A DNA stretch of 64,000 nucleotides. Origin: the human T2T-CHM13v2.0 reference genome, Homo sapiens. The notes under the pieces were generated by a model. The model was given only the letters and a program-made list of their open reading frames with translations. It made no database searches and was not told the DNA's origin. The DNA lies in assembly GCF_009914755.1 (NCBI RefSeq), contig NC_060947.1. One strand, written 5' to 3'. Position numbers and translations under genes: made by a program. This document shows, one piece after another, positions 52,431-64,000 of the stretch (positions are counted from its first letter, which is position 1; each line of letters opens with the position of its first letter).

Positions 52431-53929
52431 CCCCTTCATGCATGGATCTGGTTCAACATCAGGTCACAAACTGAGAACCTATGGGATTTGTGTTTGTCCT
52501 CTTTGCTTTGGTTGTGATTTTGCTCTTTATTCAAATTCATTGACTATGGTTAACACAACTTCATTAAAAAAAATCCAGATTTCTGAATTCTCTTGAAAAT
52601 GTAGAAGATCTTGCAACATTAAATATTTCCATATGGTTACAAACAGCTGGATCCAAGTAGTGGGATTCCCCTTTAGATAAGGGATGTGCTCTGTAGTTTG
52701 CCACAGTTGCACTTTTCTCTCTTGCAACCTTACACTGGATTTAATTCGCACATACATCTCACCCCAGTATGTGTGTAAGTCAGTGACTCCTGAAAAACAG
52801 TTTTCCAAAGTAAGAAAATGTCTAGCCTTCCTAGCCCTTATAAAAACAGTGAGGAAACTGCCTGCCCTCATATTCCAAGCAGGTTACCACATTATTATCT
52901 TCAGGATAGAAGGAGAGCAGAAAAGGGTTACCCATCTCTCTTCTTCTGAGGCAGCTCTCTGATATTTTCTCATTTTCATCTTCTGGACCCTGGAGTCCAA
53001 ATGCTTCATTGCTCATGTTTCATGTCCATGCACCCAGGGCCTAAGCAACAACTCTTATCTGGGACACTGGCCTCCAAAGTCAGAGACAGGAAGGTCTACC
53101 TTGAGTCACAGTGTCCCAGGAGCTAGCAAGAAGTAGACTTTGAGAAAAATCATAAAGGAACAACAGTGTTCCCCGTGTATCCTGCAGCCCATGAAATGCT
53201 ATATTCATCTCCAATTAAGCCAGGGCACAACCAAACATACCTCTTGGGCTTTTCAAGATCATCTGCTAGGCCCCAGAGCCAAACTGACCCAAGGCAAATT
53301 TACATTAGCAGGATCTTCCCACACAAATACTGCAGCTTTGCACACAGTATCCAGTGGGCTGAAAAGGAGTCCTGAGCACTCTTTTATCTAGTAAACTTTA
53401 TCTTCCCCCTTATAAATCAACTTCATTCTCTGATCTGAGTTCCTGTTTCAGTGTCCCTGCCTAACTCTCAGTTCCCTTAATGGCAATGAAGCTGCACTGA
53501 ACCTTGGTACTCTTGGCTGGAGTTCTAACTCTTTGCCTGGTCCTGATCAGCCACATTCCCACCTCCCCCATCTTTGTCCTCAGTGAGCTGGCTTTTCTGT
53601 CCCACATTCTTGTCTAGTAGCTGAAGTTGTGCTTAATAGAGATCACAATGTTACTGTGACTTTAAATATGATTTTCCATCTGGAATTTTGCATGGCTGTC
53701 TGATATGGACTGGGCTAGACCTCTTGACATCAGTATTATCTGAGGGAGAAAGTCCAGGTTTGCCAACTACTCTGGACATAGGGCTTTCAGTTATCCCCAT
53801 TTGTGAAGTTATTATACTGATAGCAGTGGCCTTAGACCTCAACCACTTTTATTACAGTCGTATCTCAGATATAGCCAAGCCTTCCTCAATTCATGACATG
53901 CTCTAGAATTTATACCTACTAGTATAGAT

Positions 53930-54110
53930 ATAAAGAATTGGAAAAGAACCCAGAAATCAACAAATCCAATCCTATCTCTTATCTTAAAGATTAGGAAGAA
54001 AGAGGTCTGAAGAGGCTAGATGACTTGTCTAAGGTTACACGGTGATTTAGAGGTAGACATAGAACCTAGGTCTCCCGATTCCTTTCCTGAGGGGTTTCCC
54101 ACCGTGCCAC
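53930..54110 (-). mobile_element. MIR-family fragment
   Basis: gatgacttgtctaaggttacac...agaacctaggtctccc core. Confidence 0.65.
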
Positions 54111-54361
54111 ATTCCTTTAAAATCCCCTGAAACATAATGAACCAGGTCTTCTAAACTCTCAGGGTTGGCTTCAGTAATCTCTTAAGTCCCATGCTTTCCA
54201 TTGCAGCCCCAGATAGTTCCCCAGGCCAACAGAAGACTATTCATGGGGTTTTCAAGCATGGTAGAAAAGGCCCATTGTCTCTCAACCCCAGAACATCCCT
54301 CTCTTCTGCCAATAAGAGCCTTGTTCCTGATTCATGTGAAACATGAAACAGCCACCCTTAC

Positions 54362-54526
54362 CACGCTGGCAATGTCTGTTGAAGAACTGCTTGCAGTAGA
54401 GGAAGAAGAGCCCCAGGAAGGCCAGGGTAAACACCACTAGCAGGCTGCTCACCAGTGCAACAAGTGTGGCCTCCTGAGGGGGCACTGTGGGTGCATCTGC
54501 CTCCACTAAGCTCAACTGGAAGGCAC
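54362..54526 (-). CDS. EDA2R: EDA2R exon with stalk and transmembrane helix (codons 118-173)
   Basis: CAFQLSLVEADAPTVPPQEATLVALVSSLLVVFTLAFLGLFFLYCKQFFNRHCQR; cag| and |gtaagg; 165 nt. Confidence 0.97.
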
Positions 54527-54749
54527 CTGTGAGACAAAAAAATGGGGGAGGTCAGTTAGCATGGGCAGTAAACAGTCACCCTGACCCTGGACCTGGACTT
54601 CCTCAGGCTGTCACCCTTCTCCCTAGGGCCTTCCCCAATTAGGGTGGCTATGCTGGTTTTACTTCTTTCTAGAGCAGGCAAAATTATAAAGAACAAGGCA
54701 AAATAATTTGTATATAGTGCTGGTATGTAGAAATTAGTACAATTAATCG

Positions 54750-55670
54750 AAGATGCACATATCCTGTGATCTTTCTGTGCCACATCTAATTATATAATCC
54801 AGATCAATGGAAACAAGCTAAAAAATTCATCAGTAGAGCACAAGATAAACAAATCATGATATAATCCTAAAATCTTACATTATTATACAGCACTTAAAGG
54901 CCTTTATGGATCAATATAAATAATCTAGAGGGGGAAAAAGGAAGTTGGAGAAACAGAACATATAGCTTGATATCATTTCTATAAAACATTATACAATACA
55001 TAACAATAGCATATATTGGTTATGAATATGCACACATATCACAAAAGAACCCAAGTATTAAAACATTAGTGGAGAGTATGGCAGAGGCATAGTGCTCACC
55101 AGTTATCCACATACTCCCATGTATTTCCCTTACACCCTTGCAGTAAGGCCATCAGAGTACTTCTGGCCAATGAACTGTGAGTTGAAATAACATGTGTCAC
55201 TTCCAGACTGAGGCAGTTAAGAACCAGTATGTCTCCTCCATCTCTTCCCCTGTGTCATTGACCTGGAAGACATATGGTCTAGAATGCACAGTCAAATGAT
55301 GTAGGAAGGCCTTTGCATAGTAAAAAAAAAATAAACTTTTATTGTATAAAGTCACTGAGATTTTGCAGTTTGTTTGTTACTTTAGCATAGCCTACCAACA
55401 GAATACATACAATTTCAGGATAGTGGTTGTATCTGAGGAGGTAGGGAGGTAATAGGACTCTGAGAGAATCTAGAAGAGAATTCCATTATATCTGTGGAAT
55501 CTTTATTCTTTTAAAACATCTGAAGCAAATATGCAAAATGCTATGATTTATTAACTTTGGATAGATGCTGGGTGATTGCATTTTAATTTTATATTTTTCT
55601 GCACTTAAAAATATTTCTACATGTTTGAAAACTTTCATGATTTAAAAAATATGTCAATAATTTTAAAATA
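54750..55670 (+). mobile_element. Ancient L1ME-type 3' fragment with a nested MLT1 LTR (~55078-55400)
   Basis: Degenerate L1 3' motifs (aggatagtggtt). MLT1 motifs ttctggccaatgaactgtgag and aataaacttttattgtataaagtcactgagatttt. Confidence 0.6.
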
Positions 55671-55824
55671 GGAAGTAAGTAAATAGATGGTAGACAAAAA
55701 AGATAGACGATTAGATAAATGGATAGTGGTATAGGCATAGATTGGACCCTAGTTCTTCATTCAGCCTCTTACAAGTCCTCAGCCCTAGGGGCTCCTATAT
55801 ACTTCATATAATAATAATATCTCA

Positions 55825-56045
55825 TAGGTTTACAAATATTATAATTTGTGAAGTGCTTCCTAACATCCATTTTCTCATTAGACCTAGATACCCATCACAC
55901 AAGGTATGAAGAAAAATGATTATCATGACTCACCCTTTTTTCAGAAGTAGGAAATGAGGTTCAATGAGATTGAATGATTTGCATAGAGTTGCAAAGATAA
56001 TATGTTGTAAAACCAGACTTCTAATCTGATTCCCTTGCCACTCTA
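55825..56045 (-). mobile_element. MIR
   Basis: ttttcagaagtaggaaatgaggttcaatgagattgaatgatttgc core. Confidence 0.7.
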
Positions 56046-56149
56046 CTCTACATGAAAAGGTATGAGGGGATATGGGTAGTCTTTACTACCCTATCTTGCT
56101 GCCACCCAATGGGATGAGGAGAAAGGGAAGAAGAGAACTGGGTACACAC

Positions 56150-56235
56150 ATTGAACCTCAGAGGTGGGGGTCTGCTTCGTGCACGGGATGCACTCTTGGT
56201 CCTGCAGGCCTCCAATGCGTGTCTTTCGGTAGAAC
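56150..56235 (-). CDS. EDA2R: EDA2R exon, third cysteine-rich region (codons 89-118)
   Basis: RFYRKTRIGGLQDQECIPCTKQTPTSEVQC; cacag|G acceptor and T|gtgtgt donor; 86 nt, phases match both neighbours. Confidence 0.95.
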
Positions 56236-56776
56236 CTGTGTTCAGAGCAATTAGGAATGGCAGGGTGATCAAACAAGCAATGCACTTGGACCAGTTCTTC
56301 CTGGGAAAGCAGCTCCTAAGAATCTTGCCAACCTGAAAGTAAGTGCCCACCCCTCTTTCTGAGTTATCTGCCTCTGTGTCTTTTTCTGACTCAGAGACCC
56401 AGACACTCTACTTCTTCCCCCATTCATGACACCATGTAGCCAAAAGGAGACCTAATTCCACAAGAGAGGGGTGCACTGCTTTGATACCAAGTACATCATA
56501 ACTTCTTTTAAGTCTACAGTGAGATTTACCTTGAACTTTGGTCTTCAGCTGAGAGTGATGATGGAAAAGCGGTCAAGTACTCATCTGTGACTGACAATGT
56601 GCTAAGCACTTTATAGAGGTATCTTGGGAAGACACCACTTCTCTCTTCTGGGAGCTTAAACTGAATATTATGTTTATAAGAAGAATATTTCGACTAAGTT
56701 CTGAGAGGTGAGGATGGGAGAAACCTCCAACAGCTAGAAAAGCCCAGACAAGCTTGGTCTCATAAAGCAAGCTCAC

Positions 56777-56955
56777 CTGGGCAAACAGTCCCCACAGACA
56801 GCATTAGAGGTAGCTGTGCAGTTGACCTTCTGAACACGATTGATGACAGCACAGGTGATGCAACTCTGACATTTGTGGTGGCCCCAGCTGCTTTTGTACC
56901 TGCGAGGAGGGCAGGCTGTGCAGTAGGCATCTCCACCCTCTCCATAACCACAATC
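56777..56955 (-). CDS. EDA2R: EDA2R exon, TNFR cysteine-rich domains (codons 30-89)
   Basis: DCGYGEGGDAYCTACPPRRYKSSWGHHKCQSCITCAVINRVQKVNCTATSNAVCGDCLPR; ctacag| and AG|gtgagc; 179 nt. Confidence 0.97.
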
Positions 56956-57034
56956 CTGTAGACAGATGGGGGTTGTTAATATTGCTTTATAGGAGCTTGG
57001 AGATGGGATCACCTGTGGGACAAGTGGACTGTAC

Positions 57035-57690
57035 AGGGTAGTATTTTGCAACTTGCAACCCCATTACTAAGTCATAAAACCAATTCACTAGCTTCCAGCC
57101 AGCATTGAAAGATAAAATAGAATGAAATAGAATAATAGTATCAAATATAAGAGTACATGGAATGAAGTAAAGCTAAGTATTTGTATCAGTCAGCATAGGC
57201 TATGCTGCAGTATGGCAAAAGTCAAACCCTAAATCTCAGTGTCTTAAAAGAATAAAAGTTTATTTCTCACTCATCATATTTGCCTACCAGGGGGTTCCTG
57301 AGGACTCTGCTGTACATCATCCTCAATGGGGTACCCGGGGTTACAGAAGCTTTATTTTTCTGCTTTTATGATTGAAACATTGTGAACTGCGTACAAGCTC
57401 TTAAAGTTTTCCCCAAGAAATGACCCATATTGCTTTACTCACATGTCCTTGGCCATACACATCACATGATCATTAATAACTACAACAGGTACAAGAAAAT
57501 GCAATTCTACAATGTGACAGAATGTGGGGAGCTGAAATATTTGACAAATAGTCATAAGCACTACCCACATAAGTACTGTTTTATAAAAGTTTTACAGATA
57601 AAATGCATGAAAGTATATATTGGGTTGTGATAAAAAGTTATTTCTTACTCTAGGTCATGGTAAAAAATGTTTGAATGCCAATGGTATAGA
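57035..57690. mobile_element. Probable hAT-type DNA transposon remnant (MER119-like) split by an MLT1 LTR (~57182-57570)
   Basis: gcaacccatta...aaaatagaatgaaatagaa and tatttcttactctaggtcatggtaaaaaatgtttgaa flank an MLT1-like tgtatcagtcagcataggctatgctgcagta segment. Confidence 0.5.
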
Positions 57691-57941
57691 TGAGAGGCAA
57701 ACACTCTAGCTGGCTCTTGTCTCAGCTCTGGTACTAACTTTGGCCATATTCCTTCCCCCCGACCCCCAGTTTCTGGGCATCAGAAGTCCCAACACTGAGG
57801 AAATTGAAATAAATGCTCTCTAGAGATTCTTAGATCTGACAGCCTAACTTCAACAGGAACAAGGCTCCTGCCTGATACCAGTCACAGCTCTTTCTCAAAG
57901 AAACAATTCTAGTTGTGAAAGCATATTAATTGTATGCTAGT

Positions 57942-60900
57942 TGTAGCAGAAGCTGGCTGGTTGTTCACTTAACCTATTCTTTATTTCTCCTGGGAACACC
58001 ATTAGCCAAAATTCTTTAACCCCACTGCAATGAAGTGGGGGCATGTGCATCATTTCTAGCCAATGAAATATGGATACTAATATTGTTTGCCATTCCCAGG
58101 CTTGACTCAAAAACATGTCCTGTGTGATACTTAAATTTTCTTCATACATTCATTTTCCAGTGCATGCTGACACCCCTGGAAACCTTGGAATAAATATATT
58201 AAGAATGATAGCGGAAGCCAGATAAAATGGAGGAGTAGGCAGCTTCAAGCTCTTATGCCCCTACAGAAACATAGAAAAACAAGCAGGAACTGTCATAATC
58301 AATGTTGTCAGAACTCTGGAAAACATTCAAAGGCTTACATCAACCATGTAAATGTTAAATCAAGAAAAAGGTCACTTGAAAATAATAGGAAAGTTTTCTG
58401 CTATTTTTACTTGTACTTGTTACATCCCTCACCCCAGAGCAGTGGCAGTCCTAAAGTAGTGGAAGTCTTAAAGTAGCCTCAGCCTGTATTCCTAGTGTGA
58501 GACCTCAGTACCTGATTCCAGAGTGAGCTAAGCAAAACTTATTGACAAATTACTGTGTATGTCTGTCCTAACCTATTTGAGGGCTATTTGAAGGACTGAT
58601 ACAAGGTATTTATGTATGTTCCACTCGATTGAGAATGCAGATTGGAAAAGTGATGGGCACTGTTTCAAAATGTTGCAAGGCAAACTAACAAACCACAATA
58701 CCTAGGGCAATGATTATGGATTAAGACATAAAACAGACTGTCTGAATCTGGGAGCAAAAGCTGGGGGAGGTTCCTTTAGAAATAAGTACATTCAAAAGTA
58801 TCCACATGGAGGAATTTAGAAAGGTGTGTGCATACAAGACACATGCTCAGAAAATACTAGTGGAGACCTAAAGCTTACATGTCAGGCTGATCCCTAAGCT
58901 AAGTGCACATCTGGCTAACTGTTTAAGTAGTTCCCCAGCACAGAGCCAATCTAAAAATGTGAGAGTAATGTGTGACTATTTTTTCTTTTGGTTGTTGTTG
59001 TCATTTTTTAACTTTTAGCATTCAATGAAATTGCTGTCCAAACATTAGCTGAACATGAGCTAAATTAACATAGGTTTCAATGGCGATACATGACAAAAAA
59101 TAGTCTCTACAAAAATAGTTTGGAAAAACACCTAAACAAATGGAGTGCTAGCCTAGGCAACACGGCAAAGCCTTGTTGCCAAAAATACAAAAATTAGTTG
59201 GGAATGGTGGCATGCACCTGTGGTCCCAGCTACTCAGGTGGCTGAGATGGGAGGATCGCTAGAGCCCGGGAAGTGGAGGCTGAAGTCAGCAATAACCATG
59301 ACACTACACTCCAGTTGGGGTGACAGAGCAATACCCAGTCCCAAACAAAATAATAATAATAACAATAATGATAATAATAACAACAACAGATGGACTACTA
59401 TAGCCTTCAACAACACAAATCTAGAAAACAAACAAACAAAACCAAAACCAAAAGTAAAACAGGAAGAGGGGAAATCTGACTACCAGAGTTACTTCATTAC
59501 AATACAAAACTGCCCAGTTTTTAACAACAAAAAAATAAATCACACAGTGTAAAAAGAAACAGGCAAGTGTGGCCCATTCAAAGGAACAAGAAAAAGAAAG
59601 AATTGAGACTATTCTTGAGGAAGCCCAGACATTGCACTTAGTAGACAAAGACTAAAAGAACTGTCTTAAATTTGCTCAAAGACACACATGGACAAAGAAC
59701 TAAAAGAAATCAGGAAACAAATGTATAAACAAAGTGAGAATATTGGTTAAGAAAAATTGTAAAATGGAACCAAACATGAATACTGGAGCTAAAAAGTAAG
59801 ATAAATGAAATGAAAACTTCACTAGAGAATTTGAGTAGGTAAAAGAAAGAATGAGCAAACCTGAATGTAGGACAATTTAAATTATCAAGTCTGAGGAGAA
59901 GAAAGTAAACAGAACATAAGGAACTTGTGGAACATCATGCAGGTGACCAATATATGCATTATGGGATTCACAGAAAAAACAGGGAGATGGGGGACGAGAA
60001 TGAATATTTGAAGAAATAATGGCTTAAAACTTCTCAAATCTGATGAAAGACATAAATTAACCCATCCAAGATGCTCAAGAAACTCCAAGCAGAGTAAACA
60101 TAAAGAGACCTATGCTGAGATACACTATCAAAAAATGTTTATAGCTGAAAACAAAGAGAAAATATTGAAAATCAAGAGTGAAATTACTTGTCAAGTAAAG
60201 GTATTCTCGATAAGATTCAAAGCATATTTCTCATCACAAAGTGCAGAGACTTAAAGTCAGTGAGATGACATATAAGTGCCTAAACAAATAAACTGTTAAC
60301 CAAGAACTCTATATACAGAAAAAAGTTCTTCAAAAATAAAGGAATAATTAAAACATCCCTAGACAAACAACAGCTGATTGATATCATTTGACCTGACTAC
60401 AAGAAGAGAGTCCTTCAGGCTGAAATGAACAGACAATGGAGAGTAACCCAAAGCCATGCAAAGAGTAAATATCTCTGGTAAAGGTGACTGCATGAAAAAA
60501 TATGATTCCACTTACATGAAATATCTAGAATAGCAAAATTTGTAGAGACAGAGAGTAGAGGCTATCAGGCACTTTGGGGAGGGGGAAATTGGGAGTTATT
60601 GCTTAAGGCATACAGAGACTGTATTTGGGGTAATAAAAAGTCTTAGAAATAAAGGGGTGACGGTTGCATAACATTGTGAATGTGATTAATGCTGCTGAAT
60701 TATACACTTACAATGTCTAATACAGCAAATTTGAGATTACATATTTTACCACAATCTTAAAAATCATAATGCAGTATACCAAAAACCATGAATTGTAAAC
60801 CTAAATGGGTGAATTGACTGGTATGTGAACTGTATTTTAATAAGGCTGCTTAAAAAACACAGAGCTCCCATAAGCCTGGCTTCCTGAATGGCTGAGAAGA

Positions 60901-61012
60901 ATCTTCCTACTCCCCAACATGGATTGGAGTCACATTCAGGAATAAACCCTTAACCTCTTATGTCACCAAACTTTAGTATTTGTTACAGCAGTTAATATTA
61001 CCTGAACTAACA
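57942..61012 (+). mobile_element. MLT1-type LTR (57942-58205 and ~60860-61012) interrupted by an old L1M element (~58210-60860)
   Basis: MLT1 motifs tttctagccaatgaaat and aataaaccctt...tatttgttacagcag. The L1M has a 5' end, ORF1 remnants and a 3' end atgattccacttacatgaaatatctagaatag. Confidence 0.65.
59150..59388 (+). mobile_element. 5'-truncated AluJ with (AAT/AAC)n tail
   Basis: ggtcccagctactcaggtggctgagatgggaggatcgct; flanks aaatggagtgcta/agatggactacta resemble a TSD. Confidence 0.85.
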
Positions 61013-61489
61013 TTTAAGTTATACTTTCCCAGGAGTTGGAAAAAGTGAGCATCAGGCAGGCTCGAAATACTCCTTCCATTCTGCCCCGTGTTTGCCCACT
61101 CAGGCTTTACTCAATGCCTTGCAGCCTCACTCACAATGATCCCATCTACCAATGGGATCTGACATGGGCAGTAGTCATTTTACTCATGCTCTAAGTTTCT
61201 TGAAAAGTTAAAGGGTTTCTTGGAATCTCTGCTACCTTATGTGCACCACTGGAATGGTGATAGCTTCCATATCTGCTTAAAACAGTGAGCTGGGGGTCAA
61301 ATTATTAGGAAATATAATGTAGTGATGAAAATCCCTGATCCAAGGTAATGAAGACCTATCTTTAACTCCCACTTTTACTACTGACCAGCGATGTGACCTT
61401 GGGCAAGTCATTGGGCCTGAATTTTCTTGTCAATCCAATTGGAAATAATGCTATCCAACTTATAGATTTGTTAAGATTACATGAGCTGA

Positions 61490-61995
61490 CCAAATGAACA
61501 AAAGGAATATCCCAAAGCAATGGAGAATAGCTGGCTTTTTAAATAGGTTATGTTGGATAACCGAATGACAATGTGAAAAATGATAAAATTTGATACATTC
61601 CTCACACTATACACCAAAATAGATCAGAAATTTATAGATAAAAATTAAAACCAAAAAGTACCAAAACAAAATATAAATAAATTCCTCTTTAATCTGGGAG
61701 TGGAGAAATTTTCTCTAACTGCAACACGAAGTCCAGAAGCAGTAAAGGAAAGATAGATATAATTACATAAAAATTTTAAAAAGTTTCAGGGTAAAAGATT
61801 CATAAGCAAAATTAGAAGACAAATAATGAACTAGTAAAAAGATGTACACCATATCACAGACTAAAGATTTATATTCCGATAACACAGAACTAGTATAAAT
61901 TAACGACAACCACCTTATGAGAAACTAAACATATATTCACAGAAAAAGAAACACAAACAGCTCTTATTTAGATAAAGGATGTCTCTTAACCAGAT
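61490..61995 (+). mobile_element. Ancient L1M ORF2 3' fragment (preceded by a MIR at ~61310-61485)
   Basis: cctcacactatacaccaaaat and tattcacagaaaaagaaacacaaa motifs; MIR core tgtgaccttgggcaagtca. Confidence 0.6.
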
Positions 61996-61998
61996 ACA

Positions 61999-62001
<3 letters not shown>

Positions 62002-62050
<49 letters not shown>
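62002..62050. repeat. (CA)n microsatellite, ~24 units
   Basis: Direct reading of the sequence. Confidence 0.97.
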
Positions 62051-62052
<2 letters not shown>

Positions 62053-62829
62053 TACATATATAGCTCTGTGTGTGGGTTGTGTGTAGTGCTTGTCACCATG
62101 CCTAGAACATAGTAATCCTTCAATGAACAGATGAACATTAGGTATTGTTCTTCTGGAAAGCAAGTTTTTATTCTATCTATAGCACTGGAATCAGAAGATA
62201 TGTGCCTGACTCCTCACTTACTCACTTGCTAGAGAAGGGAATGACAAAAGCAAGCTAGCATTTATTGAAAGTTAACCAATAAGTTGAGTGATTGATTGAT
62301 TGATTAATTGGTTAGCACTCCCTTTCATTTTATTGGTTAACTCAGAAAACATTTTTGAAGCAACTACAATGCATGAGGATGCTATTCTGAATATTGTGAC
62401 TAAATAATTGAATCAATCAGACAAAAATCCACACACTCATGAATTTATATACTTGTTTATTCATCATAAAACCTTATAAGGGTGCAATATAATCCATGTT
62501 TCACAAATAAGCAAAATTGAGGCACAAATTGTTGGCCTGAGAAGCCTCTTCCCCATGGGCCTGCGATTCCCCACACACAACTAGAGACAATAGGCTGCAG
62601 GGGGCACTTGAGATTCCACCATAAGTAACCAGCTCAAATGCTTCTTTGTCCTGTGGGTCTGAGATTATTTTCCCCCACATAGGAACAGGTGGCTGGGGTA
62701 TACTGGCAAGTGGTATCCTACTAATAACAAGTGGTCGAGCATGGGAAATGTTCTTTGACTCTACAACTCAGACACTTCTTTATGCCGACCTAAATGGACC
62801 AAGTGACCTGGCCCAGGAAATCGTCTATA

Positions 62830-64000
62830 CCTGAGGCAGCACAAGATAAACCCCGCAGACCAAAAATCACACTACAAAGGTTCTGGAAATTAAATAGCCT
62901 TTAGAACTGCAGCTCACAAACGTAGGCCAAAACCTGTATGCTAAACATAAACAGATGACTGCCTGCTAAAGTAAAAGTTTAAATAGGACCCTGAGTCTCC
63001 TGACATAATTGACAAAATGTCCAGAACACAACGAAAAACCACCCATGATAATAAGAATAAGGAAAATCACAACATGAATGAGAAAAGTCAATTAACTGAC
63101 AGCAACTCTTAGATAAAGCAGATGTTGGAATGATTGAACAAGGATTCTAAAGCACCCATAATAAAAATGTTTTAAAAAACAATTTAAAATTCTCTTAAAA
63201 ATAGAAAATCTCATCAAAGAAACAGAAGTTTTTTTTAAATAAACAGATGGTAATTATTAAAAATAAAATGACAGAAATTTTAAAAATTCACTGGATGGGC
63301 TTAGTAGTAGAGAAGAGACAGATGATAGAATCAGTGAACTTGAGGACAGAACAACAGAATTTATGCAATATGAACAACAGGGAGAAAATGACAAAATAAA
63401 ATGAACAAAGCCTCAAGAACCTATGAGACTATAACAAAATATAGAAAAATCATATTGTCAGAATCTTATGAAAAGAAAATTTTTTAAATGTTTATCTAAA
63501 AATATTTTCAAACAAATTGGAAGAAAACTTCACAAATTTGGTAAAAGACCTACAAGTTAAAGAGGATGAACAGATCCCAAACAGAAAAAAATCCAAAGTA
63601 ATGCACACCAATACACATCATAATAAAACTTCTGAAAACTAAAAAAAATATATTGAAAATAGCCAAGAATAAATGGCATTACCTATAGAAAAACACCCAT
63701 TCAAATGATACGACAGTGGGTTTCTGTCAGAAGCCATGGAAGCCAAGAAGGAAGTATTACATTTTTCAAGTACTGAAATAAAAAAACTGTCAACTGCAAA
63801 TTTATATCCAGTGAAAGTATCCCCAGAAATGAAGGGACATAAAAACATTCTCAGGCAAAGGAAAACTAACAGAATGAGTTGCTAGTAGGCCTACCCTTAA
63901 ATAATTCTAAAGAGAGTTCATAAAACACAAATGAAATGATTTAAGAAAGAGTGGAAGTGATAAAAGAAGAAATCTTGGAGCATCAGGAAGGAAGGAACAC
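62830..64000 (+). mobile_element. Old L1M 5'/ORF1 remnant, runs off the window
   Basis: aaaaattcactggatgggcttagtagtaga...gaatcagtgaacttgaggacaga ORF1-type sequence. Confidence 0.7.

Noticed and set aside
56956-64000. EDA2R first coding exon (MDCQENEYWDQWGRC...) and promoter
   Set aside because: Not found in the sequence or the ORF track; this stretch is intronic and the exon must lie beyond the window.

Overview
Human (primate) genomic DNA, not prokaryotic. The right third holds the 3' part of EDA2R (XEDAR/TNFRSF27, X-linked) on the minus strand: four constitutive coding exons (codons 30-297), a 57-nt cassette exon and a ~2.45 kb 3'UTR exon ending near 47366. The first coding exon lies beyond the window. 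The haplotype encodes K57 and A129. The left ~44.5 kb is an almost continuous nest of dead LINE-1 elements (L1PA2 to L1MA/L1MC ages) with three Alus and a MER9 solo LTR. I found no convincing new biological system. The most interesting structures are two candidate L1 3' transductions, three L1 5'-inversions (one with a ~750 bp duplication), an inverted L1 5'UTR fragment inside ORF2, an open ORF0 homolog, a pristine AluYc1-like insertion, and a splice-acceptor switch that decides whether the EDA2R cassette exon gives a long receptor or a stop codon. Repeat subfamily names and variant IDs are recalled from memory, not from a database search, and repeat boundaries are approximate.
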